Shown here piece by piece: positions 51,757 through 61,841 of a stretch of 64,000 nt of DNA. The DNA comes from a virus (Duplodnaviria; Heunggongvirae; Uroviricota; Caudoviricetes): IMG/VR virus record IMGVR_UViG_3300025327_000015. One strand, 5' to 3'. The notes under the pieces were generated by a model. That model saw nothing but the letters and a program-made list of their open reading frames with translations. It was not told where the DNA came from and searched no databases. Positions within the stretch are counted from its first letter, which is position 1. The number at the start of each line of letters is the position of its first letter. Made by a program: the position numbers and the translations under genes.

Positions 51757-51792
51757 CCAACTTGACAAGCATAGCTTTCTTGCTATCATAGC

Positions 51793-52077
51793 TTGAGAGA
51801 TATGACAAGAGGGATGCCCCAACACGCGAAGCGACTCACGGAGTTGCTCGATGACCATGAGGAGTGGAGAGAGAACGTCAGCGCCCTCTTCTTCACCGTC
51901 AGGGCACATAGCAACATGAGTCAGACCAGCTTCGCCCAAGATGTACTCGGCATCACCCAGCCCTATCTCTCTCAAATCGAGCACGGCCAGCGTACTCCTT
52001 CCTCGGGAACGCTCTCCAAGCTGCGCTCTTATGTGGAAGGAGAACCACATGCCAACCAAGACCAAGACCAAGACTAA
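51793..52077 (+). CDS. XRE-family HTH transcriptional regulator
   Basis: MSQTSFAQDVLGITQPYLSQIEHGQRTPSSGTLSKL. Confidence 0.55.
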   Translation: MRDMTRGMPQHAKRLTELLDDHEEWRENVSALFFTVRAHSNMSQTSFAQDVLGITQPYLSQIEHGQRTPSSGTLSKLRSYVEGEPHANQDQDQD

Positions 52078-52876
52078 GAAGCTCGCTCCACCGGGCGTGC
52101 TGAATATCGCCTTCGTATGGGATATGTCCGGATCAATGGCAAACGTTCATGAAGCGACACGAGCAGGAACGCATAGTTATCTCTCAGATCTCCAGAAAGA
52201 AGAGAAAAAACTTGCCAGCAAGCACGGAGAAGGCATCTTCACCCGTTTCTCGCTGACGGCATTCGATACCGTCTTCGAGAAATGGCTTGTCGATGAGCCG
52301 ATCGCGAACGTCAACGTCGATCAGGTCGTGGGCCGCTACTACCCACGAGGCTGGACTGCTCTTTACGATGCTGTCGCGAATACCATCACCGAACTTGAAT
52401 CAAAGCTACACGGTGAGCGCGAAGGTGAAAAGTGTCTCGTCGTCGTCATGACAGATGGACAGGAAAACTCCTCTGTTGAATATGGAGGCCCTGACGGTAA
52501 AAGGCGAATCTTTGATCTCATCAAGGCATATGAAGCCAAAGGCAACTGGACCTTTGTTTATCTCGGAGCGAACGTCGATGCCTACGCTGAGGCTGCTTCA
52601 CTTGGAATCCCGAAAGGAAACGTGGCTTCTTATTCTTCTACTCCAGATTCTGTTGGAGCGGCTTCAATGAGCTACGCAGCAGTTACTTCTTCGCTACGTA
52701 GTTCTCCGAAAGCTCAGACAAATGCTGCTTTCACAGATTCTGGAATGAGCCAGGACTATCGTGATCCGAGTGATATCCAGGATCCAAGCAGAACCTCACA
52801 GCCTCTTTGGACTTCCCAGCAAAAGAGCTATGCCGATTCAGAAGATGCAACCGAGAATACGAGGAAAGCACGATGA
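52049..52876 (+). CDS. von Willebrand factor A domain protein
   Basis: Start ATG 52049 with AAGGAG RBS; MIDAS DMSGSM ... VVVMTDGQEN. Confidence 0.6.
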   Translation: MPTKTKTKTKKLAPPGVLNIAFVWDMSGSMANVHEATRAGTHSYLSDLQKEEKKLASKHGEGIFTRFSLTAFDTVFEKWLVDEPIANVNVDQVVGRYYPRGWTALYDAVANTITELESKLHGEREGEKCLVVVMTDGQENSSVEYGGPDGKRRIFDLIKAYEAKGNWTFVYLGANVDAYAEAASLGIPKGNVASYSSTPDSVGAASMSYAAVTSSLRSSPKAQTNAAFTDSGMSQDYRDPSDIQDPSRTSQPLWTSQQKSYADSEDATENTRKAR

Positions 52877-53076
52877 TGTATCAATGGTGCTCATGTTGCG
52901 GCTGTTGTCCTTGCCGCTGCTATCGAACTTGCCCTACTTGTAGGGGAAGTGGAGTCGTGACAGTTCCTTATTGGCCACGACCTATCCCGAGACCTTGGCC
53001 ATATCCTTGGCCTTGGCTATCAACTCCTAGTTATTCAGGAACAGCAGCGAACGATTTTGCCCGAGCGAGGATATGA
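52873..53076 (+). CDS. Cys-rich / Pro-Trp-rich small peptide
   Basis: MMYQWCSCCGCCPCRCYRTCPTCRGSG then PYWPRPIPRPWPYPWPW; ATGATG overlap with vWA stop. Confidence 0.35.
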   Translation: MMYQWCSCCGCCPCRCYRTCPTCRGSGVVTVPYWPRPIPRPWPYPWPWLSTPSYSGTAANDFARARI

Positions 53077-53257
53077 AATCCATTGAAGATAGAATTGCAG
53101 AAGCTCGTATACGGAGAGATCGACTCAATTCAGCATACGAACATATAGAGAATGGATTTGAAATAGAACTAACTGAAATCGAAGATATACGACTTGTATT
53201 GGAAGATATTCTTAAGCGTCTTTACAAACTAGAATATCCAGAGTTTTCAGAGTAGTA

Positions 53258-53833
53258 TCAAGTTTTTTTCTTTTCCAACAGAGTCTCAATAAGAAACACA
53301 GAAGCCTTGATCTGAGCAAGGGCTTTACGAATCTGATCATCGGGATCAGAATGACGTCCAGTGAGATACTCAAGAATCTTCTGACGGCCTGTTTCAAGGC
53401 CAAGTCCCTTCTCTCTCAAAATAATTGCAGCCACACCCTCATCTTCTCGGAGCAGGCCAAGAAGAATATGCTCGGTCCCAATGTAGTTATGACCTATCGA
53501 AAGAGCTTCCCGCAACGCCATTTCAAGAACTTTCTTGGCGCGAGGAGTAAAAGGAATCTGGCCCGTAACATATTCAGCTCCTTCGCCAATAATATTTCGA
53601 ACCTGCTCTCTCGTTTCATCTAAAGAAATACCAAACTCGACAAGCGTTCGCGCCCCAAGTCCTTCTTCCTCTCGGATAAGCCCAAGCAGAATATGTTCAA
53701 CTCCGATATAGTTATGTTTGGACTTTCTTGCTTCATCTTGAGCGCAGACAATCACCTGACGTGCTCGCTCGGTAAATCTCTCAAAAATAACTCTCACCTC
53801 CATTTCTGTCTCGGCTTGTTCTCTCAATAACAA
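53258..53833 (-). CDS. stand-alone double Clp N-terminal (Clp_N) repeat protein
   Basis: FTERARQVIVCAQDEARKSKHNYIGVEHILLGLIRE and FTPRAKKVLEMALREALSIGHNYIGTEHILLGLLRE repeats. Confidence 0.6.
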   Translation of the reverse strand: MLLREQAETEMEVRVIFERFTERARQVIVCAQDEARKSKHNYIGVEHILLGLIREEEGLGARTLVEFGISLDETREQVRNIIGEGAEYVTGQIPFTPRAKKVLEMALREALSIGHNYIGTEHILLGLLREDEGVAAIILREKGLGLETGRQKILEYLTGRHSDPDDQIRKALAQIKASVFLIETLLEKKKT

Positions 53834-55747
53834 TTAGAGGACAGACTCTTCTTTTCTTCGCAATCATAAACGAGCGGACCAGACCTGGCTGCTTTTTCTG
53901 CTTCGACTTTTTCCTTTTCTGTTCTTCATCCCAGGGCATCGGCTTGTGCCTTACAAAAGCAATCAACGTTGGAATAGCATAGACAACAGCTATTACTATA
54001 ATAAACAGAATAGCTACCAAACCTACTATTCCTACCATAAATGTCTTGCCAACAAGTATCCAGAAATAAGAACACAGATTAGTTGGCTCTTGAGAATGAC
54101 CCCCAAACTCATGTTGAAGCCACCACCAATAACGATAATGCCAAGAATCATCTCTAACGACGAATTTATCCATTCAGTGCTCCTCGATCAACACGCCATC
54201 CCTTTTCATCCAAGATCATCGGCGCTTGTCTAAAGACGATCGGCATCTCAAAAACAGATTTCGATTCTGGAAAAACATGTAGCTCCCAAAACCCCCAATG
54301 TCCCACATTACAGACTTCATTACATTCAAAGATACACTCATAAACTTCTCCCTCTTCAAACGCAGCGAAGAGATTAGGCGTACCATCACTGAAACGAGGC
54401 GCCATACGCTCTTCGCGTATAAGGTTAATCTGCCGTCGAAGGACCAACGCCTCACAGTCCTCTTTACGACAGACACCAAGATCCTGTTTTTTTAGAAACT
54501 GCATCAAGAAATTTCGGGCGCGTCTTCCGAGGGGATAGTTGACGCGCCCGAACCTGAAATCTCAAGAATGAACTCTTCTGGTAAAAGACGGAACATCACC
54601 CTCTGAAGCACATCTAGTTCTACATCGAGAGCAGCGAGAGCATTCTGTTCTTTCTTCTCCCAGACGGTATAAGAACCCTCATCCGCAGGATATTCATCTG
54701 GCCCTACAAGCGTAATCTCAACTTTTCTGAGAATCATTTCTTACTCTCTACAGTCTTCACTGCTTCTGTAAAACCTTTTTCGATATCTGCCCAGCGACGA
54801 CTAGGGGAATCGTTCCAACTCGTAATTCTTCCTTCAATTGTTCCATAACGATAGTTAGAGGATAAAGAACCAGCAAGCGCCTTAAGAACAGCCCGGCGCA
54901 ACCTTCGTTTTCCAACTGTCAATTCTCGGACAGCTCCAACTGAACAAAAAGACACTTCTTTCTCCCATTCGCCTTCTTTGTTTTTGTGGCGGATGGTTTG
55001 GCGATAGTGACCCCTAACCCAATGTTGGCCTTTTTCGTTCATGAGAGCCAATGCCTGCAAAAGAACGTTCCGGACTTCCTGTGAAGTAGGTTCCGAGTTC
55101 ATGCTTTCTCTTTTCCTTTCTTTAGAAGGCGTCCAAACACTGCTCGATCAAACGATCCTGTCACCTCTTGGTCAATCCCAAACTCCCGCAAATGCGCCGT
55201 TCCCTCTGGCTTACCATCCCATTCCCAGGCGGCGTTGGCCATTGCTCGCTTCACTCTCGATTCTCGAACGGCTCCTGTTTCCCGCCTACGCTCAGCTTCG
55301 TTTTCACCCAGAGCACTCCCATAAGCAATCGCTTGCTCACGAGTCAAATACTTGAACAAGCCAGTTCGGAGTGCTTCCCGCCGGGCGGGAGTTCCTCCCG
55401 CTTCGATTGCTCCTTCTACCAACTCAACTTTCTCATGAAATTCCTTAGAGTGAACGTATTCCTCCGAGGACACGGAGCGGGGACGATGCGGTTCTGTTTT
55501 AGACCCCTCAGCGTCCTGAGAGATATGCCCCACGCCTTCCGGCTGGCTGGTAGTTATACCCGTACCGTCTTTATCCCGCTCCGTCTCCTCGGCATGACGA
55601 AGAAGCTCATCGAATTCGCTCATTTTTTCTCCTTGCGCTTCTCCAATGCATAACGCACTAGATCTCGTACCCAGATTGCTACGTCCTTTCCTTCTTCTTC
55701 CAGACTACGCGCATCTTCAGCCTTCACATATACGATTACTTTTGGCA

Positions 55748-56488
55748 TCACAGTTTTTCCCAACGAGTAGTTATAAATTGCCCTGCCCCCTGAGAACGAC
55801 GAGCCCCAAGTCCATTCTTTTCAGCAACAGACATGATTCTAGTCCACTGTTCCTCTGTAAGACAATCGTCTAGAACAGAAAGCTGAACTGTAATAGTCGG
55901 ATTGATGACATACTCAAAATAGCCAAGTGTAGAACGTGTTCCAGTCCAATCTCGAATATGACCCACAGTAAGATCAAAACCATCACTGTCATCAGCGATG
56001 ATGATAGGTCTCTCTGGCACCCAGACAACTTCTGCAACGAAAGCTCGCGGACTTTTCCCTCCGACTTTCTGCCCCTGTCTTTTAATTGAGCGCGAAGAAT
56101 ACTGCCCGAATTTATGTTGTCCATCTGGAAAAGCAATACTTGTTGCTTCTTTGAACATCGCTTTTACATGTCGTCCTTCGAGATACGGTTTTCCATCTGA
56201 TGTTCTTTTGAAAACATTAGCCTTTTTCTCAATTGCATTCTCTTTAATTGCTTTTTCAATATCTTCGTCTGTAGCATCTTTTGGATCAAGCCCATAGGTT
56301 TCAGCAAGATGCTTAAGAGTCCATTTCTTGAGCATTTCTTCATCGGTAATACCAAGATTTTTTTTAAGCCAACCCTCAACCAATTCTGGATCGGAAGGAG
56401 AACCTCCAACCAGACGTCCGGTGAAATAAAAATCTGCTTCATACAAGATCCAGGCACTACTGTCAAAGACACTAACTGGTTCAATCAT
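55748..56488 (-). CDS. hypothetical protein
   Basis: 246 aa. Confidence 0.3.
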   Translation of the reverse strand: MIEPVSVFDSSAWILYEADFYFTGRLVGGSPSDPELVEGWLKKNLGITDEEMLKKWTLKHLAETYGLDPKDATDEDIEKAIKENAIEKKANVFKRTSDGKPYLEGRHVKAMFKEATSIAFPDGQHKFGQYSSRSIKRQGQKVGGKSPRAFVAEVVWVPERPIIIADDSDGFDLTVGHIRDWTGTRSTLGYFEYVINPTITVQLSVLDDCLTEEQWTRIMSVAEKNGLGARRSQGAGQFITTRWEKL

Positions 56489-56547
56489 AAATTAGCTCCT
56501 AAAAGATGAAGATTGTCGATGCGTATCGATGAGGGGAGAAGAAGCGC

Positions 56548-56900
56548 GTCAATTGGAGAAGATGGAGGTGAGCAAGGGGAGAAGTAGTGCGTACCGGGCC
56601 GGTCTAGTCTATTAGGAAGGGCAGGGGCGATGTGAAAGCGCTGAGAGCTGGGCAAGAACGACGAGGCGAGTCAAATGGTGAGGGGAAGGCGGAACTGATC
56701 GCGCGCAAAGCAGACGAGAGCGGGCTGGTCAATTAGGAAGGACAGAGGCGTAGAGAGCCCAGCGCGTGCGAGTAAGGAGCGAGCAGGACTGTCAATTGGA
56801 AAGAGCAGCAGCGTGAACGATGTGACGTGACCTGGGGAGTCAAATTAGAAGTGAGCGGAAGAGAAATGACGAAAGCGGGTGCGGGTTGTTAATTAGGATC
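56548..56900 (+). repeat. iteron-like array: 7 direct copies of GTCAATTRGRARG about every 48-63 bp
   Basis: Copies start at 56548, 56607, 56670, 56728, 56791, 56839, 56887, each preceded by GCG-rich context. Confidence 0.55.
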
Positions 56901-57392
56901 TTCCTCAGTATGGAAGTATTTATTCCATACAGAGTTAATCTGTTCATCAGAAAGACATTCAATTGTCATACAGGTATCATCTGGATGAAGAGATGCAATA
57001 GTACGATGAAATCCGGCCCAACGAAGTTCAGTTGCAGCCCTAACTTCCCGTTCTGCGGCAACAAAAAGATGCTCTGGTCGAGTCATCGTCAATAATGATT
57101 TATGAAAGGTCCCTCCAACATGGGCAAAAACATGCGCTAGCCGTTCTTTTACAGGCCCAGTTTGATAGGGAGCTTGGGCACGTATTTTCGCTCGTACTGA
57201 ATTTGCAACATCCGGAACGATAAACTCCATTGAAAAGTTGTAAAGAGCTTCGATGAATTCTTCATCATCGCGGAAATGTCTTTTAGTACGTTTCAGAAGT
57301 TGCCTAGTATCTACCTCCTCTTCTTCCGCATATACATTCTCAACGAAATCAGCAATGACTTCGCGTACATTGAGCATCGTAGTGCTGGCCAT
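56889..57392 (-). CDS. hypothetical protein
   Basis: 167 aa. Confidence 0.3.
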   Translation of the reverse strand: MASTTMLNVREVIADFVENVYAEEEEVDTRQLLKRTKRHFRDDEEFIEALYNFSMEFIVPDVANSVRAKIRAQAPYQTGPVKERLAHVFAHVGGTFHKSLLTMTRPEHLFVAAEREVRAATELRWAGFHRTIASLHPDDTCMTIECLSDEQINSVWNKYFHTEEDPN

Positions 57393-57440
57393 GTGACCTA
57401 GTGTACTAGATGACTAGGTACCGTACAAGAGGGCTCTCTC

Positions 57441-57572
57441 AACTTTTTTTCGCTTCTTGCGCCAAAATTCGTCGAACCCACTCTGAGAGAGTCAACTGCT
57501 CCTTATGGGCAGCTTCCTTCCAGAGCACGAGCAGAGCTTCCTCCACTTGTACGGTAAGTTTCTTCTTCATCG
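57441..57572 (-). CDS. ribbon-helix-helix (CopG/Arc-like) small DNA-binding protein
   Basis: MKKKLTVQVEEALLVLWKEAAHKEQLTLSEWVRRILAQEAKKS; not in ORF track (43 aa). Confidence 0.4.
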
Positions 57573-57977
57573 CAGGAAGGGAGAGGCTTCCTTCCACCAG
57601 ACGGGGAAGCGATTCTCGATCAGTGCGGGCGGGTACTTTCGGCGAAGGGCCTTCTGAAAGGAGTAAGCGATAGCTTGAAGGGCGCGTGTATAGAGACGCT
57701 CGTAGCCTTTGAGCCCATACTCATCGAGAGCATTGAGCGCAAACTCCCATGCCTCTACCTCCTCTACGAAGCGAGGATTCTGGCGAGAGCCATGTAAGAC
57801 GACATGACCCACTTCATGCGCCAGGATCCCGAAGCTAATAGATCCTATTGGCTCAGGAGCTTCGATCGTTCTGTCTTCATGAGCACAGCCAGCGTAGGAT
57901 GGCCGATAACGGCGAACACTGACGCCATACTTAGCTAGAAGATCTTCTGCCGCCTGGCGGTAAAGGTTATTCGTCAT
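57567..57977 (-). CDS. ImmA/IrrE-family zinc metallopeptidase
   Basis: ILAHEVGHVVLH HEXXH motif. Confidence 0.55.
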   Translation of the reverse strand: MTNNLYRQAAEDLLAKYGVSVRRYRPSYAGCAHEDRTIEAPEPIGSISFGILAHEVGHVVLHGSRQNPRFVEEVEAWEFALNALDEYGLKGYERLYTRALQAIAYSFQKALRRKYPPALIENRFPVWWKEASPFLR

Positions 57978-58011
57978 AGCGTAACTCTACCACCTTACGG
58001 TACTTACGGCA

Positions 58012-58085
58012 AGCCTCCAGCCGGATTCGAACCGAGCGCTTCGGGTTTGAAGGACCCGTGAGCTAGACCGCTACTCAATGGAGGC
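58012..58085 (-). tRNA. tRNA-Glu-like (anticodon UUC)
   Basis: Acceptor gcctcca/tggaggc, D-stem gagt/gctc, anticodon stem cgggt/acccg loop ccttcaa, T-loop ttcgaat. Confidence 0.45.
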
Positions 58086-58121
58086 GAGTCCGGAGGGTGG
58101 GTATCGCTCGTTCGATGTGTA

Positions 58122-58194
58122 CGCCCTCAATCGGATTCGAACCGATGTGTTCACCTCGACAGGGTGACAGACTAGGCCGCTGTCTGATGAGGGC
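58122..58194 (-). tRNA. tRNA-Asp (anticodon GUC)
   Basis: Acceptor gccctca/tgagggc, D-stem agac/gtct, anticodon stem tcacc/ggtga loop ctgtcga, T-arm atcgg-ttcgaat-ccgat. Confidence 0.6.
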
Positions 58195-58199
58195 AGGTA

Positions 58200-59340
58200 A
58201 GGCGTTTCAAGCATGGAAAACGTTCGAAGAATGGCTTGTGAATAGGCGTTTCATGTCTGGGAAGCGTTCGGCGCGGGCCTGCGAGCGTGCATGTCATGGA
58301 AAGCGTCAAGCTCAATGGCTCAAAGGCTTGTTTTAAGCGCGTTGCAGCTCTGGTTATCACAGCTTCAATGGCGCAGCACGTGGTGTGGTGGTGAAATGTC
58401 TTTGATATGGCGCGTTTCAGTCTTGGGAAACGTCGCCGTTGTGGCGCGTGCTTGACGTGGCTAAACGTGTCCAAGATGGCGCGTTCATAATGGGTATACG
58501 TGGCCGAAGTGGCATAAATAGGTGTTTTCGAGCGTGAACACCTTGATTATCGTCGTTAAGCTGGCTTTAGGACGTTTTCCTAGTGGGAATCGTGGTAATC
58601 CTAGCGCGTGTTCCGTGTGGGGAACGCATGCGGGTTGGCGCGTATTCAAGTTGATGAATGTGTGAGTTCTGGTGCGCTGAGGCTGTGGAAAACGTTCGTA
58701 TAGCGCGTGTGGTCGTATAGATATCAAAATATTTGAACTCGGCGTCCGTGGTATGGAGATCTCGTGGTACGCATGGCCGTATAGGAAATGAAGAATGCTC
58801 GTTTAATTGGTGCTTCGGCTGAGGGATATCGTGGATGCTATGGCGCTTGAGTTCTGGTTGTCGCTCCGGACTTGGCCGTATAAAATGGCGTTTGGAATAT
58901 GGAAATCGCTGGGACTGTGGCTGATGTAAAGATCCGCGCATCGTCTTTGATGAAAGGAGTTTCGCTCATGGCGGGTAACAGACATGCTTCGTATGGGTTC
59001 CGCAAGCTCCGTGATCTGTCGTATAGATACTATCAGAAACTAGAGAAAATGTTGTGTATATAGCGCTGAGCCTTGGAAACCCGTATAGGCGCCTGGGCGT
59101 AGCGGTAGCAGCTGGGTTTCCCGTCCGCCGTCGTCGTCGGCGCCTACCGCCGGACGGTACGGGGTGGATTCTGAAACGTTCGAGAATCGGCGCCGCTTTG
59201 AGAAGGCTTTGAGAACCGACTTGACAGATTGCAGGGACCGGCCCCATACTGGGGGTGCCCCGCAGGACGGCGGCGAGACCGCGTACCGGGGGCGAAAGGC
59301 GAGACGTTTGACAACCTAAGCCGGTAGTCGCCCAGATAGG
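58200..59340. repeat. about 1.1-kb noncoding region with dispersed ATGGCGCGT-like and AACGTTCG motifs
   Basis: At least 8 copies of (A)TGGCGCG(T) (58407, 58442, 58476, 58625, 58701, 58839, 58885...) plus aaacgttcg repeats; only short overlapping ORFs. Confidence 0.45.
59166..59188. promoter_or_regulatory. operator-like inverted repeat GGATTCT-N10-AGAATC (first of 5 copies)
   Basis: Copies at 59166..59188, 60596..60621, 61549..61572, 61852..61873, 62799..62820, each 20-60 nt upstream of an RBS and start codon. Confidence 0.5.
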
Positions 59341-59352
59341 GAGGCACTATCC

Positions 59353-60183
59353 ATGTCTAAGACGACTACCAAGCCGCGAAAGCGGCTATCCGCCGCGGAC
59401 CGTGAAACCCTCACGGCGGCCGAATCGCAGCTCGGATACTTCTCCGAGGAGATTCGGGCCATCGCAGTGTCCATCGGCCGGGAATGGGTCAGAGTTGGCA
59501 TCCTGCTAGCGCAGGGAGCCGCACTACTCGAATCCGTCCCCGCGTTGATGGCCCAGTTCGGATCGCCCGAAGGCTGGGCCCGGACCGTTCTCCCGGAATA
59601 CTCTGGGGGAGAGGGAACCGGCGGTATCTGGGGCTCATCCCCCGCGTACCGTGCGTTGCAAGCCGGTCGCGTTGCGCTGGTTCTAGGTGACGACGTCGGC
59701 GATGCGAGTGTCGCAGCCCTCGTTCCGCTTCACCGGGTTATCTCCGGCGTCAAGCCGGAGGACCAGGAGAAAGCGGAGACGAAGGTCCGCACCCTCTGGA
59801 CCCGTGCAGGAAAGCGGGGGACCCCTACCCTGGCGTCCATTACGAAAGTTCTGGACGGAATGGCAGGGACCCGCGGGAAGCCGAAGGGGTCCGAGAAGAC
59901 TCCGGGGTCCGGGCGGAAAGGAAAGGGGAAAGCATCGGCTAAGCCTGCCACCACGCAGGCCGAGCCGGAGTTGACTCAGAAGGACCTTTCCGCTATCGGA
60001 CAGAAGGTGGCGGGCATCCTGAAGAACTATCCCGACGAATCTCGTCGTGCGGTTCTTCTCGCCATGCACGCTACCGCCGCATTGTGCATAGACTTTGGTG
60101 CGGCGAACGTTTCCGGAGTCATTCTTGCCCGCCTGAAGGAAAGCGGGAACGGGAAGACCCGGAAGGCTAAGGATTCCAAGTGA
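59353..60183 (+). CDS. Lys/Arg-rich hypothetical protein
   Basis: 276 aa; GGGAGG RBS; basic K/G-rich central segment. Confidence 0.4.
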   Translation: MSKTTTKPRKRLSAADRETLTAAESQLGYFSEEIRAIAVSIGREWVRVGILLAQGAALLESVPALMAQFGSPEGWARTVLPEYSGGEGTGGIWGSSPAYRALQAGRVALVLGDDVGDASVAALVPLHRVISGVKPEDQEKAETKVRTLWTRAGKRGTPTLASITKVLDGMAGTRGKPKGSEKTPGSGRKGKGKASAKPATTQAEPELTQKDLSAIGQKVAGILKNYPDESRRAVLLAMHATAALCIDFGAANVSGVILARLKESGNGKTRKAKDSK

Positions 60184-60643
60184 ATCCGCCTAGCCTGCGA
60201 GTCTGGTCAACGATCCTCGCGAATCGCATCGGTACGCTCGATGCAATAGCGGGGCACAAGATCCGCTAGACAATCCACTACTTGACTACCGGCTTAGGTT
60301 GACTGGGGGACCCGAAAGGGTCCCCCTCTTTTTGGTCCCGGACGGGTCCTCCCCCTAATCCCGGACGGACCCGCGGGATAGGAAGGTCCTTCATTCCCGC
60401 GCGGCGGGAATAATCCCTGCCTCCCCGGATCCTTCCCGTGCGGGGGAGGGAACCCCCTGCCTCATCGGTTCGCCACCTTGTGTCCTGCCTTGACAACGTA
60501 CGAGGGAGGCGTGAGACAATGTAAGTGCGGGCTCGGCGCGTTTCGGGCGCTGATAGACCTGACTCCCCACGCTACCGCGTCGGCCCGCATCCTTCGGGAT
60601 TCTGAAACGTTTGAGAATCCCCCGTCCGGGAAGGAGACCCGCG

Positions 60644-60871
60644 ATGGCGAATCGCGAGTTCCACCTGGCAACGGAGCAGGGTCGGCCGCTTGCGGTCGTT
60701 CTGGCCCCTTCCGAACTTGCGGCGAAGGATGCCGCAGAAGGACTCTCCGAAATCATCGGTGGTAAGCCGGTGGTTGTGCGCGAGTACCTTGGGTTCCTAT
60801 GGGGTAAGGATCGGCTTTCCGAGCCGCTCTATTCCACCGCCCAGGGCTGGGTGGCGGCTGCGTTCCTGTAG
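60644..60871 (+). CDS. small early protein
   Basis: ATG 60644 preceded by GGAAGGAG and operator palindrome. Confidence 0.35.
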   Translation: MANREFHLATEQGRPLAVVLAPSELAAKDAAEGLSEIIGGKPVVVREYLGFLWGKDRLSEPLYSTAQGWVAAAFL

Positions 60872-61610
60872 TCGCTGCGGTTCCTGCCGACTTGTGCGGC
60901 AGGTTCCGGAGCTACTGAAAGGAGAACCTCATGCTCCAGGTCCGAATGGACCCGGCGGCTATGGCGCGCCTAGAGCGCGAGCTGCTGAGCCTCGTTGAGG
61001 TCGAGGTCGAGGTTCCTCCTCTAGTATCCCTCGACTCCATGCTCGTTCACATCGCTCGTTACCTGAGCGCTGCGGGGTATGGAGACGAAGTTCATAAGCG
61101 GGACGATATGCGGCGTGCTCATTCAGGAGTTCTGCCGCATACACAGCGGCTTCGGCTTCTTGCCGATTATCGTCTGCTCATGCTTCAAAGAGGATTCCCG
61201 CTAGAGGAGGTTGCTCACTTCGATCGCTGATTGCGGTTTCCGCCGACATAGTGCGGCGGATTCCGGAGCCACACGGCTCTAGATAGGGGGTATTTCTGTG
61301 CCTCGGAATCCTGGACATCGTGAGGGTATCCGGCGTTATCGGCGGTCTGGGCAAACTGCCCTGCTGACGGTGGCGACTCTCGTTACGCAGCCGAGCGTTA
61401 CGCATCGTTGCGTAGTCTGCTTAGACGTGGGCTGTGAGTTCTGCCCTGCTGTCGATATCGGTACTTGCCAGTCCTGCGGCGCGTACTGGGATCGCACACA
61501 GAGGCAGGTCTGTCCGTGCGGCGGGTACATCGGTTAGCTCTGCGGGTCGGATTCTCAAACCTTCGAGAATCCGCGCCCGGAGCGCTAGACACTCCAGAAA
61601 GGAGGAAATC

Positions 61611-61799
61611 ATGCCCGACGAACTTTCTTTGGTTTTGGTCGAGTGCATGGATTACAACGCCCGCTGTACGGAGTGGGCGCTTTCGGCTGCGCTTGAAAGC
61701 GAGCGAATAACAGTCGCGCGGCTCGAAGCTGAGAACGCGGAGCTGCGTAAGCGACTCTTTCGGATTCAAGAACGAGTCGCGTGGCTGCTCAGAGCTTAG
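61611..61799 (+). CDS. small early protein
   Basis: ATG 61611 with AAAGGAGG RBS after operator palindrome. Confidence 0.35.
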   Translation: MPDELSLVLVECMDYNARCTEWALSAALESERITVARLEAENAELRKRLFRIQERVAWLLRA

Positions 61800-61841
61800 C
61801 GCTGCGGGTTCCTACCGCCAATGGTAGGTTCCCGGAGCGCT
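61798..61841 (+). other. conserved post-stop hairpin element CTGCGGG(T)-[variable stem-loop]-(T)CCCGGAGCGCT (one of 8 copies)
   Basis: Copies: 60872..60915, 61231..61270, 61533..61585 (operator as inner hairpin), 61798..61841, 62236..62283, 62609..62652, 63057..63097, 63367..63410; inner stems differ in sequence but all pair. Confidence 0.55.

Noticed and set aside
56548-56900. Possible CRISPR array
   Set aside because: Repeats are only about 13 bp, degenerate, and irregularly spaced at 48-63 bp with GA-rich non-unique spacers. This is more consistent with iterons.
58100-59350. Many 60-120 aa ORFs on both strands (for example 58172..58474, 58567..58941, 58966..59247)
   Set aside because: They overlap one another and have no RBS. 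The region is a repeat-dense DNA tract and is treated as noncoding.
59400-60070. Antisense and alternate-frame ORFs (59683..60069 minus, 59687..59974 plus)
   Set aside because: They lie inside the better-supported 59353..60183 gene, which has a GGGAGG RBS.
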